A stretch of DNA of 64,000 nucleotides, taken from assembly GCA_003693705.1 (NCBI GenBank), contig RBZT01000435.1, forward strand, positions 124,001-188,000. Direction: 5' to 3'. The notes beneath the pieces were generated by a model. The model worked only from the letters and a program-made list of their open reading frames with translations. It had not been told where the DNA came from and did not search any database. This stretch comes from Polymyxa betae A26-41. Its lineage: Eukaryota; Protista; Endomyxa: Phytomyxea. Shown in pieces: positions 28,040-39,631 of this stretch; positions within the stretch are counted from its first letter, which is position 1, and each line of letters starts with the position of its first letter. The position numbers and the translations under genes were made by a program.

Positions 28040-28776
28040 TCATTGCTCTCGGCCTTGAGACTGAACGAAGACGCCTTGCCATGAACTGACGCCGCCCACC
28101 TCCATAATACTCGATCTATGATGATGATGAATGCGACGGTGAATGTTTTCTCTGGCTGCCTTATCGCTCAAACATGCCAATGCGATTTTCGTTTGCGAAT
28201 ACGTTCGTGAATCGATCCTCAAAACCCAGCTCAAGCAGTCAAATAAGCAGTTGCTCAAATCGAGGAATTGGAAACGAAAGCACAGTAAAATACTGTAAGC
28301 ATTCCTACAGACCGATCTCGAACTGAAGAAAAAGGCCAAATCTTCGTACGAATTTCGATGAGGGTTCACGTGAGCTCATTTACAGCTCCGATTCGCAGCC
28401 ATTTTCATTTCTCTTTGCGTCTTTGATGTCTATTATACCATGACCTACAGTAGGTATTTCGCCACCCTTTCGAGCTCATAACACGAAATCTCAGTTGCCG
28501 TCCCTTCCGGTGGCGGTGGTGATTTATTGCAATCCTACTTGCACACCTGCATAATGTTTTATATACCGAACATCGTATTTTCGGATGAGCTCCGAATGTT
28601 GTTGCTGTCACCGATTTCATCATCGTTGCATCGATTTTCCATCTCATAATGTACAACGTTGTGAGATTGACCTTAGCGCAGTGGATTCATCGTAGTCAGC
28701 AAACCTGATCGTTGTGTACGCGTAGTTGAATCAGAAGGCATCCATCAGCTGAAGAGAACTCCATACACGAGCACAT
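28040..28776 (-). CDS. Possible hypothetical multi-exon protein
   Basis: Short open segments flanked by GT/AG sites fill the gap between Rab28 and SART1. No recognisable motif. Confidence 0.3.
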
Positions 28777-29007
28777 TGCTTCCCCTTCCGGTACGACTAG
28801 GTTGCCGTTCGTAGCGGCGTTCACGTGGCGTCCTTTGTCGACAATCAGCCACCCTTCAACAGGTTACACGTCAATTTTGGAATAAAAAATCAAAAAGTGC
28901 GACAAAGAAGATGCGCGTTTTTACTTCTGCAAAAAAATATTTTTTTTGGACATTGCTAAGGTGCATTAGCAAGTGTTGACGGCGTGGGTTGGCGATTGGC
29001 TGTCTCC

Positions 29008-31517
29008 ATGCCAAACATTATAAGTGCAGATGAGGTTAGGGCACCGCGCGATGATGAAGATCAGGACGAGGTCGCTGCCGTCCAGGCCGCACAAGCTCTA
29101 TCGGCCAAGAAACAGGCGGACCAAGGCCGGAAGCAGGCCGTGCTAAACATTCAGGCCCATCGCGACGAGCGCCTTTACCAGAAGGCGGTTCAGGGCGAAA
29201 GCATCGCCGAACAGAATAAGGACGCCTTAGAATCGTCCGCGTCTGACTGGATTAACAAGCTGAAGGCCAAGGTCTGTATGATGGCCTAGTCTCGATTGCG
29301 ATTAATTTCTTGAAAAGGAACCTGCGAAGCCTGCAGCAACAGCTCAGAGAAAAATCCGGCACGAAGCTGCTGCTGGTACAGCTGCTGGCCCTGATCTCAA
29401 AATCCGTCACGACGCCGATGATATCGCCGAGGGCGAAACCATCATCTTAACACTGAAAGATCGTCGAATTGGTCTTCCACAATTGGATGGCTCCGATCGG
29501 CTTCTGATTGTGCTCAACAGGGGACGTCGACGAAGCAGACGATGATGAAGATGAGCTGGAGAACATCCAGCTGGTCGAGCAAAGGAAACTGGAGCGAAAC
29601 CTCGACAGGAAAGCGAAGAGGAGAAGGAGGACGGAAGATGAAGAGGACGGAGCAGAACCGGAGAGGATCGTCTTGGAGAAGTACGATGAAGTGAAAGACG
29701 AACTCGACGCCAAGAAAGGCGGCCTGGTTATGACCTCGTCTGGTAACGGTGTCTAAACGTTGGTTGAATGCATCGTTAAATCGTATTGAAGGGAGCGTTA
29801 TCGATCGCGCCGCCCAGATTCGGGCGAAGCTCGCGGCGCCCGTTGCTGCAAACAAGATCCGATACGATTTCGGCCCGAGCAGCACGAAACAGCAGGCTGG
29901 CGATTTCTACACCAAAGAAGAGGTCGCTTCTTTCAAGAAACCCACTTTACGAAAGAGCAAGAAAACCAATGTTGCTCGACGAAAAATCGTAGGCGCTTAT
30001 CGAACCTGCTGAGCTCGTTTTCTCATCTTGGCTCAGATTCCAGAAGAGCTCGACCTTCCTCCGGGGCCATCGTCCGATCATGGCAGTCGTGACTCTTCGC
30101 GGGTTTCGATCAAAGCCCGAATCGAGGCAAACAATGCCGAGATGAAATTCAAAAGGCAACGCTTCGACGTCAGTTGCTGTTTGGAGCCGTCGTGAACGCA
30201 TCTGATGCGGCTGTTAGATCGCTGTGGCGAAATCCGATGCGAAATCGCACACATTGCTCGACCACTCGTTCGTGTTCGAAGACGACGCCGAAGACGTGCA
30301 ATTGCAGGAGGCGCTGGCGAGAGCCAACCGAGCTGCACGTTATGCTCAGGAGATGCAGCAGAAGAACGGCGCGAAACCGGCTCCGAAGAAGTCGCAGCCG
30401 ACCGCGAAAATCAGCGCCCTGCCTACCGAAGAGTTGGCGACCGCCGTCTTGTTGCCATTCGCGTTTGTTGATATTGAACGCAGAGAATCGGAACAAATCG
30501 TGTTCTCAACGGCGTCCGAATTCATGACCAACGTTCGTGCGAACGCCACCGAACACAAACCCAATGTTGCAAAGCCGCCGGTTCCTGCTGAGAATGTCGT
30601 CATCATTCAGGAGGCTGTTGAGGAGAGTGATGAAGAAGAAGACGCCATGGATATGGAGACTGACGACGTCCCGCCTGTTGCTATCAAGAAAGAGCAGGAA
30701 GAGCTTCCTGAAGACGATGTGAGGCTCTAATTCCATATTGGTTAATTTTTAATGAAGTTTTTGTTTAGGAGTTGAACTTCATGAACGACGTCATCGACAA
30801 CGGTAAAGGCGTCAGCGGCGCCTTGAAACTGATCAGGAGTCGCGGGTTGGCAGGTGCCAAAGCATTGCCTCCGTTGATTGCTGGTCGAGCTCGGGATGCA
30901 GTGATCCCGGAGCAAAAGGTCGGGTGCTTCTTACTCCCAAAGCTCGTTTCGCTGACCGAACTGTAGGATCCGGCGCCCAATTTGCGCCTCGATCATGTCG
31001 ATGAGTTCGGTCGACCCATGACCATGAAAGAAGCGTTCCGGGAGCTGTCGTACCGGTTCCACGGACACCGACCGGGCGCCAAGAAAACCGAGAAGAAACT
31101 GAAAGAATTGCAGCAACAGCTGAAGCTTCAAGAATCGATCAGTGGCCGATCTGCTACCAGCACACAACGACTCGCGTTCGTACTTCGTTTTTCGTTAATT
31201 TGTTTGAGAATCGAGTTGCATTGGCGTTTTGAGGGATCGGTTCTTGCCAGCGGCTACGTTTTTTACTTTCCAAACGAATGTTCTGTTTAGTTACCGTACT
31301 ATCAACTGACCATCGATTTAGCGATGTCTCGGCGAAAGCCGGCCGTCATTATGTGGTGATGGATTCGAAGACGGGTGCGTTCGGTAGAGTAATGACTCAG
31401 AAACTGGCGATTGGCACGGACGATACCGAGAACGGCGTGCAACAGCCAGATCACGACGAGCGCGCCTATGTGGCCGGCAGCAAGAAGGTCGAATTCGCCA
31501 TCGGTAAAACCGAATAA
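29008..31517 (+). CDS. SART1: U4/U6.U5 tri-snRNP protein SART1/Snu66
   Basis: KIRHDADDIAEGETIILTLKD, DELEN, VLEKYDE, DFYTKEEVASFKKP, DEFGRPMTMKEAFRELSYRFHGHRPG. Confidence 0.93.
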
Positions 31518-31543
31518 ACCGCCGAGCTCCGATCACAATCCAA

Positions 31544-32045
31544 ATGGTGCGTTTCGTTGTCGTGATGGCGTTGGCGATGCTGGCCGCCCTGGCTGTTGCT
31601 CAACAGCAGGGCGCCTGTAACAACGACAACGATATGCCGATCGTCGGCGATCACGATCAGATGCACGCCGCCACGAAGCATTGCGGGCGTAGCTGCCAAG
31701 GGCGCGCGTCCTGCACCGCTCATTGCCTGGCCGATACCCTTCATATAAGCCAGGAGTGTGCTGCATGGTCGGTGTCTTCGCCACGCCGGTCGCCCTGGCC
31801 GTACTGATCTCGCCCCAAACAGCTTCGGCGACGAGGTGTCCTGCACGGCGCTGCATTGCGCTGCGCCCTGCATCGTCAGTTCGGATAGCAAATCGTGCCG
31901 GGCCTGTTCAGAACGGCATTGTGGCGAGGCGGTCCGCAATTGCACGGGTTTAGGCGGCGATGGCCCAGACGACGGCGTCTCGGTCGTGAAGTTTGCCGAG
32001 AGGTTGACAGCCGACGTCCTTGACCTTCTGTGTTCGTTCAAGTGA
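31544..32045 (+). CDS. Small secreted cysteine-rich protein (~148 aa)
   Basis: Signal peptide MVRFVVVMALAMLAALAVA. Intron 31768-31822 joins ECAAC|FGDEVSC. 14 Cys in the core plus one near the C-terminus. Confidence 0.85.
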
Positions 32046-32227
32046 AGTAAATATCAGCGGATCGTTTATCGAGTTCGTTCCATTCAAAATCGCCGCAAAT
32101 CTCTCATAGACTGGATGCTTCTTATTGACAGCTTTATCGAATAGTTCTAATGCAAATCGTGCGTCGTTCTGGTTGAAAATCCGATGACCAAATCGGGCCG
32201 ATATTTTCCAGATATTTCTCCCAACAC

Positions 32228-32866
32228 ATGTCGCTATCGTCGAAAGAACGGGCGCTGCTATTTGCAGCTCGAACCGATAACCAGGCGCTGCTCAACGAGC
32301 TGCTGGCCGACGACGCTCTCGATCGTAACTGTTGCGAAACGAATTTTGTAGGATTTCGGCTTCAGCAATTTTCAGACAGTCTGAATCACTTGTCGGAAAG
32401 CATGGCTACGCGGCGGTTCATTGGGCGGCTTTGAAGGGGTTCTTCGAGATCATCGTGGCTTTAGCCGAGAACGGAGCCCACCTCGATCGCAAAACCCTCG
32501 TAGGCTGAGTGTCACGGCGCCTGCTTCTTGCTACTGATCGGCCGTGGATAGTCGGGATGGACGCCGCTGCAATTATCGAGCCAGGCCGGACATCGCCTAA
32601 TCTGTTCATGGCTGATCGATAACGTCGGCGCCGACGATTGGTTCGAAGACATCCAGCGAGCGATCCAGGTCGTTGCCGATCGAGATCTGGCCCTGGCGAT
32701 GGGTAGGCAGCTCGTTGCCGCAGTGAAGCAGAGGCGCCAGGCGGCGCTGAGCATCTTTGTCCACGACAGAAGCTGCTTGGCGCGAATGCGAGAGCATCAT
32801 TTATTCGATCGGCGTCTGATCGCGACCATACTGGCCCAGGCCAGGCTGGATGACGATCCCGGATGA
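32228..32866 (+). CDS. Ankyrin-repeat protein
   Basis: LLFAARTD, GYAAVHWAALKGFFEIIVALAENGA, GWTPLQLSSQAGHRLICSWL; two introns. Confidence 0.85.
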
Positions 32867-33109
32867 GGACCTGCACCTGCATGCTTGTCAGATCCCAGTT
32901 TGTTAACAGATGGAATCCGATTCGCCCCGGATAGCGGTTGCCTCTAATAAAGTAGCGACAATGTTCCATCGATTGCTCAGAATGAATGCTTCTAAAACAT
33001 TTCAATCTCGATCACACAGATCGTCTGCGTGGTTCTGTCATAGGCCAACATGATCTTGAAGGACTATTGAGATGCTGCCGCTGATTCAAAGTCAAGAGAG
33101 CATAATGAG

Positions 33110-33700
33110 CTATTGGAAAATGTCTGTGAAGCTATGCCGGGGAGACCCGTATCCGCGACATGGAAAAAATGCTTTTTTGACAGTTGTATTATTGGACAAC
33201 AAACGAATCATTTCAGTCGGATAAGCAACCATTAGACATCCCTCAAGCATCACGTAAAAATCAACCTGTGGTCTGCCGACAAGCACCGAGATGGAGCAGT
33301 CGTCATCTAGCACGAGGATTGACCCAGCTGGCTTCTGTATGAGATCCCATGCAGAAATCTCAGCATTAGCCTTTTGAATTACAAAGGGCCGGTAATACTG
33401 TCAAGCATGGCTTTCGACGAATTTAAAGTCACATGCCTCAGACGATACATAAGATCGTGTTCGCGGAAAAGGCTCTCCAATGAAAAGGAAGGATGTTCGC
33501 GAAGTCGTAATGCATTGGAGACATTTTCAACCTTGCCAACGCAGACTTCCGTACGATCGCCGTTTAATCTGTTCACAGCCAATTCTGTAAGATTCGAACA
33601 TGTTCAGATATCGCCTACAATGACTTATGAGAGTCCCTCTGGGTGAAAGCCAAAAGCCCAAGACTGAGGGCAGGTTGCGCTCGCATGAGGGCCACTTCAT
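33110..33700 (-). CDS. Possible hypothetical protein (exon structure unresolved)
   Basis: Protein-like open segments 33379-33582 and 33110-33370 appear joinable by a short intron. Start unclear. Confidence 0.35.
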
Positions 33701-33896
33701 GGTGGAAGCCAGTAGAGGGAAGCAGAGAAACCCTAGCTCATGTGCAATTGTAGCGTAATTGCTGTGAGAAGCGAGCGACTTTACATGAACGGTGCTCTGG
33801 ATTGTCGAAATACATGGGGGATTAGACAATGGCAGCAGCCCATTCTGTTGATGCCTAGCTGTTCGAGGTTCACATTCGTAACCGGGGTGCTAAACG

Positions 33897-35315
33897 ATGC
33901 CAAAGGGGAAGGACATCGAGCTGCGGAACCTGGTTCGCCGCCTGGATCGTCGTGTTCTCGAGTCGATTTTGCTGCAAAAGCATCGGCAGGGCGGGATTTG
34001 CATGATGGATAATTGGGAGCCGGATGAGTTTGAAAATGGCTATTGCGACGCTGGCGATATGTATCGGGTTATTAATGCTTTACCTCTGAGAGAAAGGCTT
34101 ACTGTGATTCCGTTGGTTTGCAAGCTCTGGCGTGACTTAATGCAGTCTCCCATTTACTGGCTTTATCTGGATTTCTATGGGTTCACTTGCACAGGAGGAT
34201 GGCTACAAAGACGTCTAAAATTAGCCCAGGTAGCCACCGGTTTCATTTCCGTTCTGTCCGATCATGGTAGCCATGTCCTCTCGATCGATATTGGGAATGA
34301 ACGATTGCCGATCGATAATCAATTGTCAGTATGCAAAGATAACGCCTTTCTCAAGGCTATCCTACGTTTGTGCCCACATATCATAACTCTTAAGATTGCT
34401 GGAAGATCAGTGACGTCTGCGGTTTTGGAAACAGCAGGACAACGACAGCAATTAAAGAGGCTGTATATATCAGAGACAGCAACCGGGAAATTTACTCCAA
34501 CTGAAGGGTTCTTGAAGTTATTACAGAAGTGTCCGAACTTAGAGGAACTGGGCTTTCCAGCTCGGCTGCTTCGTTGTTTGAAATTAAACAGCGAATCTAT
34601 GAAGTGGATTAGAAATAGCCTTCGAGAATCAAGGGGCTCTTTTACGTCCAAAACACTTCTTACTAAGCTGGAAATTGTAAGTTGATAGGTTATTGGATTG
34701 TATAAGTCAATAACATGTACTTTGCAGAAGACTGAGAAGAACCACTTTGGTGGCATTTTGTATGACGTCTTCAGGTTGCTGGGTAACTGGTTCCCAGAAC
34801 TAACCGAATTCATCACTCCCAATTTGGTAGTGGGCGAAACTGTGAAAGATATTTGTAAATTTTCACGCTTAAGGGCATTAAGCATCAAGCTGACGACAGC
34901 GGTATGGATTCAAGGTGAATCCAAAAAAAATATGCAAGCTAGAGCCTCCAACTGCTTCAGCCAGATTCTCGACGCTTGCCCTATTCTCGAAGATCTTCGA
35001 TTTGGCTACTCTCAAATGTTTGAGTACCCCAACATTCTGAATATTTTTCTGAAGAAAGGTTGTCTAGAGACGATGAAGAGATTGATTCTGCAATCAGCAG
35101 GTCTCGAAACTGAGGACCTCAATTCGATCTCATCATCAGGGAATGTCATTGCACCGAGGTTGGAGAACGTTCAGCTAAATTTTTGCAAAGTCGATGGAAG
35201 CAATATCGAACAAATTGTAAAGTCACTGTCTCCGAATTTGTGCAAGTCTCATGAATCCAAAGACAAGCAACATTGTTTCAAATCGTTGCAGAAATCGGGC
35301 TCTTCCATTAAATAA
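33897..35315 (+). CDS. F-box/LRR protein
   Basis: F-box-like VINALPLRERLTVIPLVCKLWRDL...YWLYLDF and LRR-like CPHIITLKI, CPNLEELGF, CPILEDLRF; one intron near 34677-34728. Confidence 0.8.
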
Positions 35316-35340
35316 TTTCCAACAATGATGACAAGTGACC

Positions 35341-35843
35341 CTACTTTCTGCCTTTCTTGTTCTTTTTGCTCTTTTTAGAAGCCTCTGTTTGAACTGCTGA
35401 CGCTGATTCCAGACGCGATTTTAGCTTCGGGATCTTGGATGCTATTTCTATCAAAAGCTGCTGCCCTTTACCGAATGTCAAATCTCGAGAGTGGTAAAAT
35501 CTTAAGCTCACTGTTTGTGATGGTAGGGATTATTGGAGTCCCATCGTCGTTCTTTATGCAAACACGAATTCGACCAACTTGACAGAAGTCTCGAGAATAA
35601 CATTTATTCTGCCAAAATGTCAGCAACCAAGATGCGAAATTCCTCAACAATATCAACCTCAACGCGGAAAGACAATTTTAGATATCTGCAGAGCTCAACG
35701 ATCTCTTGCAATGTAGGCACGGCGACGGCTTGAGCCAGCGAAATCTTCCGTCCTTCTGAAATCTTCTTCGTGCTATCCATATAGATGGGGTATATGATAT
35801 TCCAGCGCCCTGAGTTCTCGCTCAGCGGCGGCACTGCAGACAT
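35341..35843 (-). CDS. SRP19: Signal recognition particle protein SRP19
   Basis: WNIIYPIYMDSTKKISEGRKI, KCYSRD, GRIRV, Lys-rich tail. Confidence 0.95.
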
Positions 35844-36004
35844 CTCGAGAAGATTGGTTCTACTGAGCGCCTCTGCAGCTAGATAGGTTAGCGCTCACAA
35901 ATATTATGCGCAAGCTGAAGATCCCGAAGCTCTATCATCGGAGATCCTCTACAAGAAAAAACCAGAAGGAATATTTTTCAAATCTGTCAAAATTAATGTT
36001 TTAT

Positions 36005-36564
36005 TCATGACGTCTCTCCTGTAATCGGATCGTGAACCTGTAAAGAGGTTTAACTGCGAAAATTATAGTAAAGGGAAGTTGTACCGCTCTGGAGATGCGA
36101 AGCCATAATGGTAGTGATTCCCGAATGTGCTGATCTGGCTGTAGACTATTGTCAGGACTCCAGAATGTAACTTCTTTGAACTGCTCAGTAGCCTGATCAC
36201 CGCAGCTCAATATAAGGCAAACGAGACGAAGCGTCGGAAACACCTTCCAATCTGCACCGAGCCTATCGACATCCATATTCAAACCGACACAGCCTTCTGG
36301 AAGCTGGATCATCTGACCCGTGAGTTCCCTGCCACGAAACGATGCAGATTTAAGATTGTTTTCTTTTGCAACCGGCTGAAAATAATCCCTAGCCAACTCA
36401 TCAGAATGAAATTCTCCAATCAGGCAACAGAAGAACTTTATCGGTGCTTCTCCATCATAATCAATAGAGAATGGCATCATATGTGCCTCAATCACAGGCA
36501 GTCGACTTGCATCGAAGACGAATGTGCCTTGGCCGATTTCTGAAGAGGATGCCTTCTCATACAT
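36005..36564 (-). CDS. RNASEH2C: Ribonuclease H2 subunit C (start may be 36613 via a short first exon)
   Basis: HMMPFSIDYDGEAPIK|DYF, ASFRGRELTG...LPEG, FKEVTFW, WLRISRA|VH. Confidence 0.88.
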
Positions 36565-36633
36565 TGAAGTAAATAATAATGCGGTACACTAGCAAGGAGG
36601 TCGAGCTCATCATTCCTTTTTACTTCACTTCAG

Positions 36634-37168
36634 ATGCGGCATCTCTTCATATTACTCGCCTTCCTCTTAGCATCATCGCATGCGCAAGCACAAGACGCAT
36701 TGAGCTGTGAAGAGAAAGGTTGGTGATGATCGTCGAGTTGAATAGCAGGCTTTAATGGGGTAGGATTCGATCCGGATCTGGTCCGATGTAAAACGTGTGA
36801 GAAGCTGAAGCCGGTACCTGATGGCGATGCTCTGTATGAAGAATGTATAGGATGCTGTTCAGAGGACAAGGAAAAAGCCATTTATTCGTCTGGAACGATG
36901 ATATACTGCTCATGCAGGTTTCGTTATGATCCAGAGCTCGCTAAGTTAGTAGCATCGATACCTGAGAAATTTCCCAAAATGAAAACAAAGGTTCAGACTC
37001 CATTATTATTGTATTTAGTCACTGAATTGCTAACAGGACATCCATGGAGCCAAATTGCATCTTGAAATGCAGACGCTATCAGGAGAGACAGAAACCGTAT
37101 CGACAGATTCTTGGAGCCATGAGAACGTGATCGATTTCTTGACTCGGAAGCTGGACCACAGCAAATAA
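36634..37168 (+). CDS. SELENOF: Selenoprotein F (Sep15)-like ER redox protein with Cys in place of Sec
   Basis: Three exons, not in the ORF track. Signal peptide, Cys-rich CEEKGF...CKTCEKL...ECIGCC, redox motif YCSCRF, C-terminal WSHENVIDFLTRKL. Confidence 0.88.
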
Positions 37169-37266
37169 ATTAGTACTTGTTTTACTTCGTGACGAACATG
37201 AAAGATGTGCTGCCAAACTCTGTGTAAAGAACGCAGTTTGTTTTGCGAATTGTCTTTGATTGTGAC

Positions 37267-37816
37267 ATGATGGAAAAGCAGCCAAAATGGTCAGGTGGAA
37301 GCTTGGAGGAAATCCGGGCGAGACTTGAGCAGTTCGCAGACGATAGGGATTGGCATCAGTATCATACCCCAAGGAACCTAGTTCTGGCATTGGTCCACTG
37401 ATTTTGTGCTTATATCATATTATTTTCATTAAAGTTATGACAGATGGGTGAAGTTGGAGAGCTTTCCGAAATATTTCAATGGAGGGGCGAATGTTTGCCA
37501 GGATTGCCAAGTATATATTGTCAAGATGATTTAAATTGTTAGTTCTGATTTGCGATCAGATTTCACACAGGAGGATCGAGTGCATCTTGGTGAAGAGCTC
37601 GCTGATGTTCTCCTATATTTAATCCGTTTAGCGGATCGTTGTGGCATAAATCTTCCTGAAGCTGCTGCAGACAAGATTGTCAAAAATGGCGTCAAGTATC
37701 CAGTTGCATTGAGCAAAGGTTCCAATAAAAAATATGACGAGCTCGATTCAGAACGAAATGTTCCGCCAATCACTGAAAGAGACAGCGATATTGTCCAAGA
37801 AGCATCTGAAATATGA
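37267..37816 (+). CDS. DCTPP1: dCTP pyrophosphatase 1 (MazG-like)
   Basis: FADDRDWHQYHTPRNLVLAL|MGEVGELSEIFQW, GEELADVLLYLIRLADRC, KNGVKYP. Confidence 0.95.
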
Positions 37817-37866
37817 ACAGTGTTTGAGTGCTGTACAATTGATTTATAAAATAATTCGTACTTCAA

Positions 37867-39277
37867 CTATATGGAAGGAAACGGTGTCCCATACATCAGA
37901 AAACGCCATAATGTCTCGCGTAAGACTGTTGGCAGATAGTTAATTGCATCTTGACCCGTTCCACCAAGATTAACAAAGGCGGTACGAAGGTCAGCAATGG
38001 GACGTTCTTGTAATGACTGTTCTGTCAGGCCAATTGAAGTCATAAACAGCCTCCAGCATACCGATTTGTACGTCCTGACGCCTTTATCATTATTGAGTTC
38101 GGCTCAACAATGCCACGATTTTAGCAACTCGCTTACCTAGCTGATATATGCGTTCATCCCGTTCTCGCCATGGCTCAAAGACATTGATGAAGCGTAATCC
38201 CTGTTCTTTCGCTTGAATTATGGAGGCTTGCAGCTTTTGGCTACGACGCAACGTATTCGCTTGATAATTTGAGATCTAGCTCAAATTTGGTTAACAAACA
38301 AGATATGACGATTTCCTGTATCATCACCTGCTCTTCTCTTTGCTTGTAATCCTCGAATTCTTGCAACGACAGGCACCTTATGACCTGATTTTTGAGGCTA
38401 AGCGATGGTACAGGGGCTTGATTGATCAAATAACGGCAGACTGGGCCTGATAAAGGGTAGCGAGTAAGCAAAAATATGGGTTTAGATTGATTTGCCTGAC
38501 ATTGACCATTGAGTGCCAGACAAGATTCTAGGCATTGTCTACAGAAGGAATGCGAGCATTGGCATGTTACAGGATCAATATAAGGTTCCAAACAAATGCT
38601 GTACTGAAGTGTTACAACAATAAAAGGCATAAATCTGGGAAATCTACCTGCAGGTTAGCTCGCGAAGGATATCCCTCCGTTTCATACGACCTTGGGCCAT
38701 ATCGTTGGATGGAGAACGGCTACGCCTTCTCTTCTTTCTTTGCGTTGGTGATTTAAGAGCAACATCCTCTTTTTCACAATCGGGCTGTCGCTCGAGACCC
38801 TGCAAGACAAGGAACTGTAAACTTCCAACATTAATACAACAAACAATCAAGTCCAATACATCTGGTTTAGCTTCTGCAGTAGGAAGCTCTTGGAATACGT
38901 ATGCAAACGCTGTAGATTTCTGCATCTTATCACCAAATGAAACTAACTGGGATTCATGCAATGTATAATATCCAAGTTAGGAAAAACGCACCAGTATCAA
39001 AGGTTCTTAAGACGTGTGATTTACATTTAATATTGTTGACATAAATGCCATTAGTGCTACCCGAGTCTTCGATGATCCAGCGCCCATCAACAATTTTGAT
39101 ACAAGCGTGCAATCTGGAGAGTCGGTTCGAGGAACCAAGCACGATATGTGAACGGCCTGAATTTCTGCCCAATGTTATGCCCTTCAAGGCCAAAGCCGGA
39201 TGAAGAACAATCCTGGTCCCTTCATTGCAGACATGTTGCAAACACATTATCGGTGTCTGCTGGCTCAGCTCGTCCAT
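37867..39277 (-). CDS. FHA + RING E3 ubiquitin ligase (RNF8/CHFR-like architecture)
   Basis: FHA motifs LGRN, LSRLHA, DSGSTNGIYVN; C3HC4 RING CSICLE...CSHSFCRQC...CPVCR. Confidence 0.87.
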
Positions 39278-39631
39278 CTGGACGCCCTTGGACAGAGCGC
39301 CCAGGCCCATTTCTGTCGGCGACGTCGCAATAGTGAGACAAATTAGAGAAATGATAGGAAGCAGTGAGACCCGCGTCAGGGTAACGTCAAAGGACTGCTA
39401 TCGTGTCAACATTTAACGAGCTCGAGTCTTGCCCTCCACATTTCAGACACGCAAACTGTGGACCATCCTACAAAATGGTCATGGGGTGGTTGCGCGACCT
39501 TCCAGCTGTCATGATTGGGCTCTTGGGGTTCTCTATTCTCATTTCTCTATAATCTGTTTAATCTCTTTTCATCTTCAATGAGGCTCATGTAGATGGTTGT
39601 TTAGGATCGATTCGTACTGATTTTCGATGAG

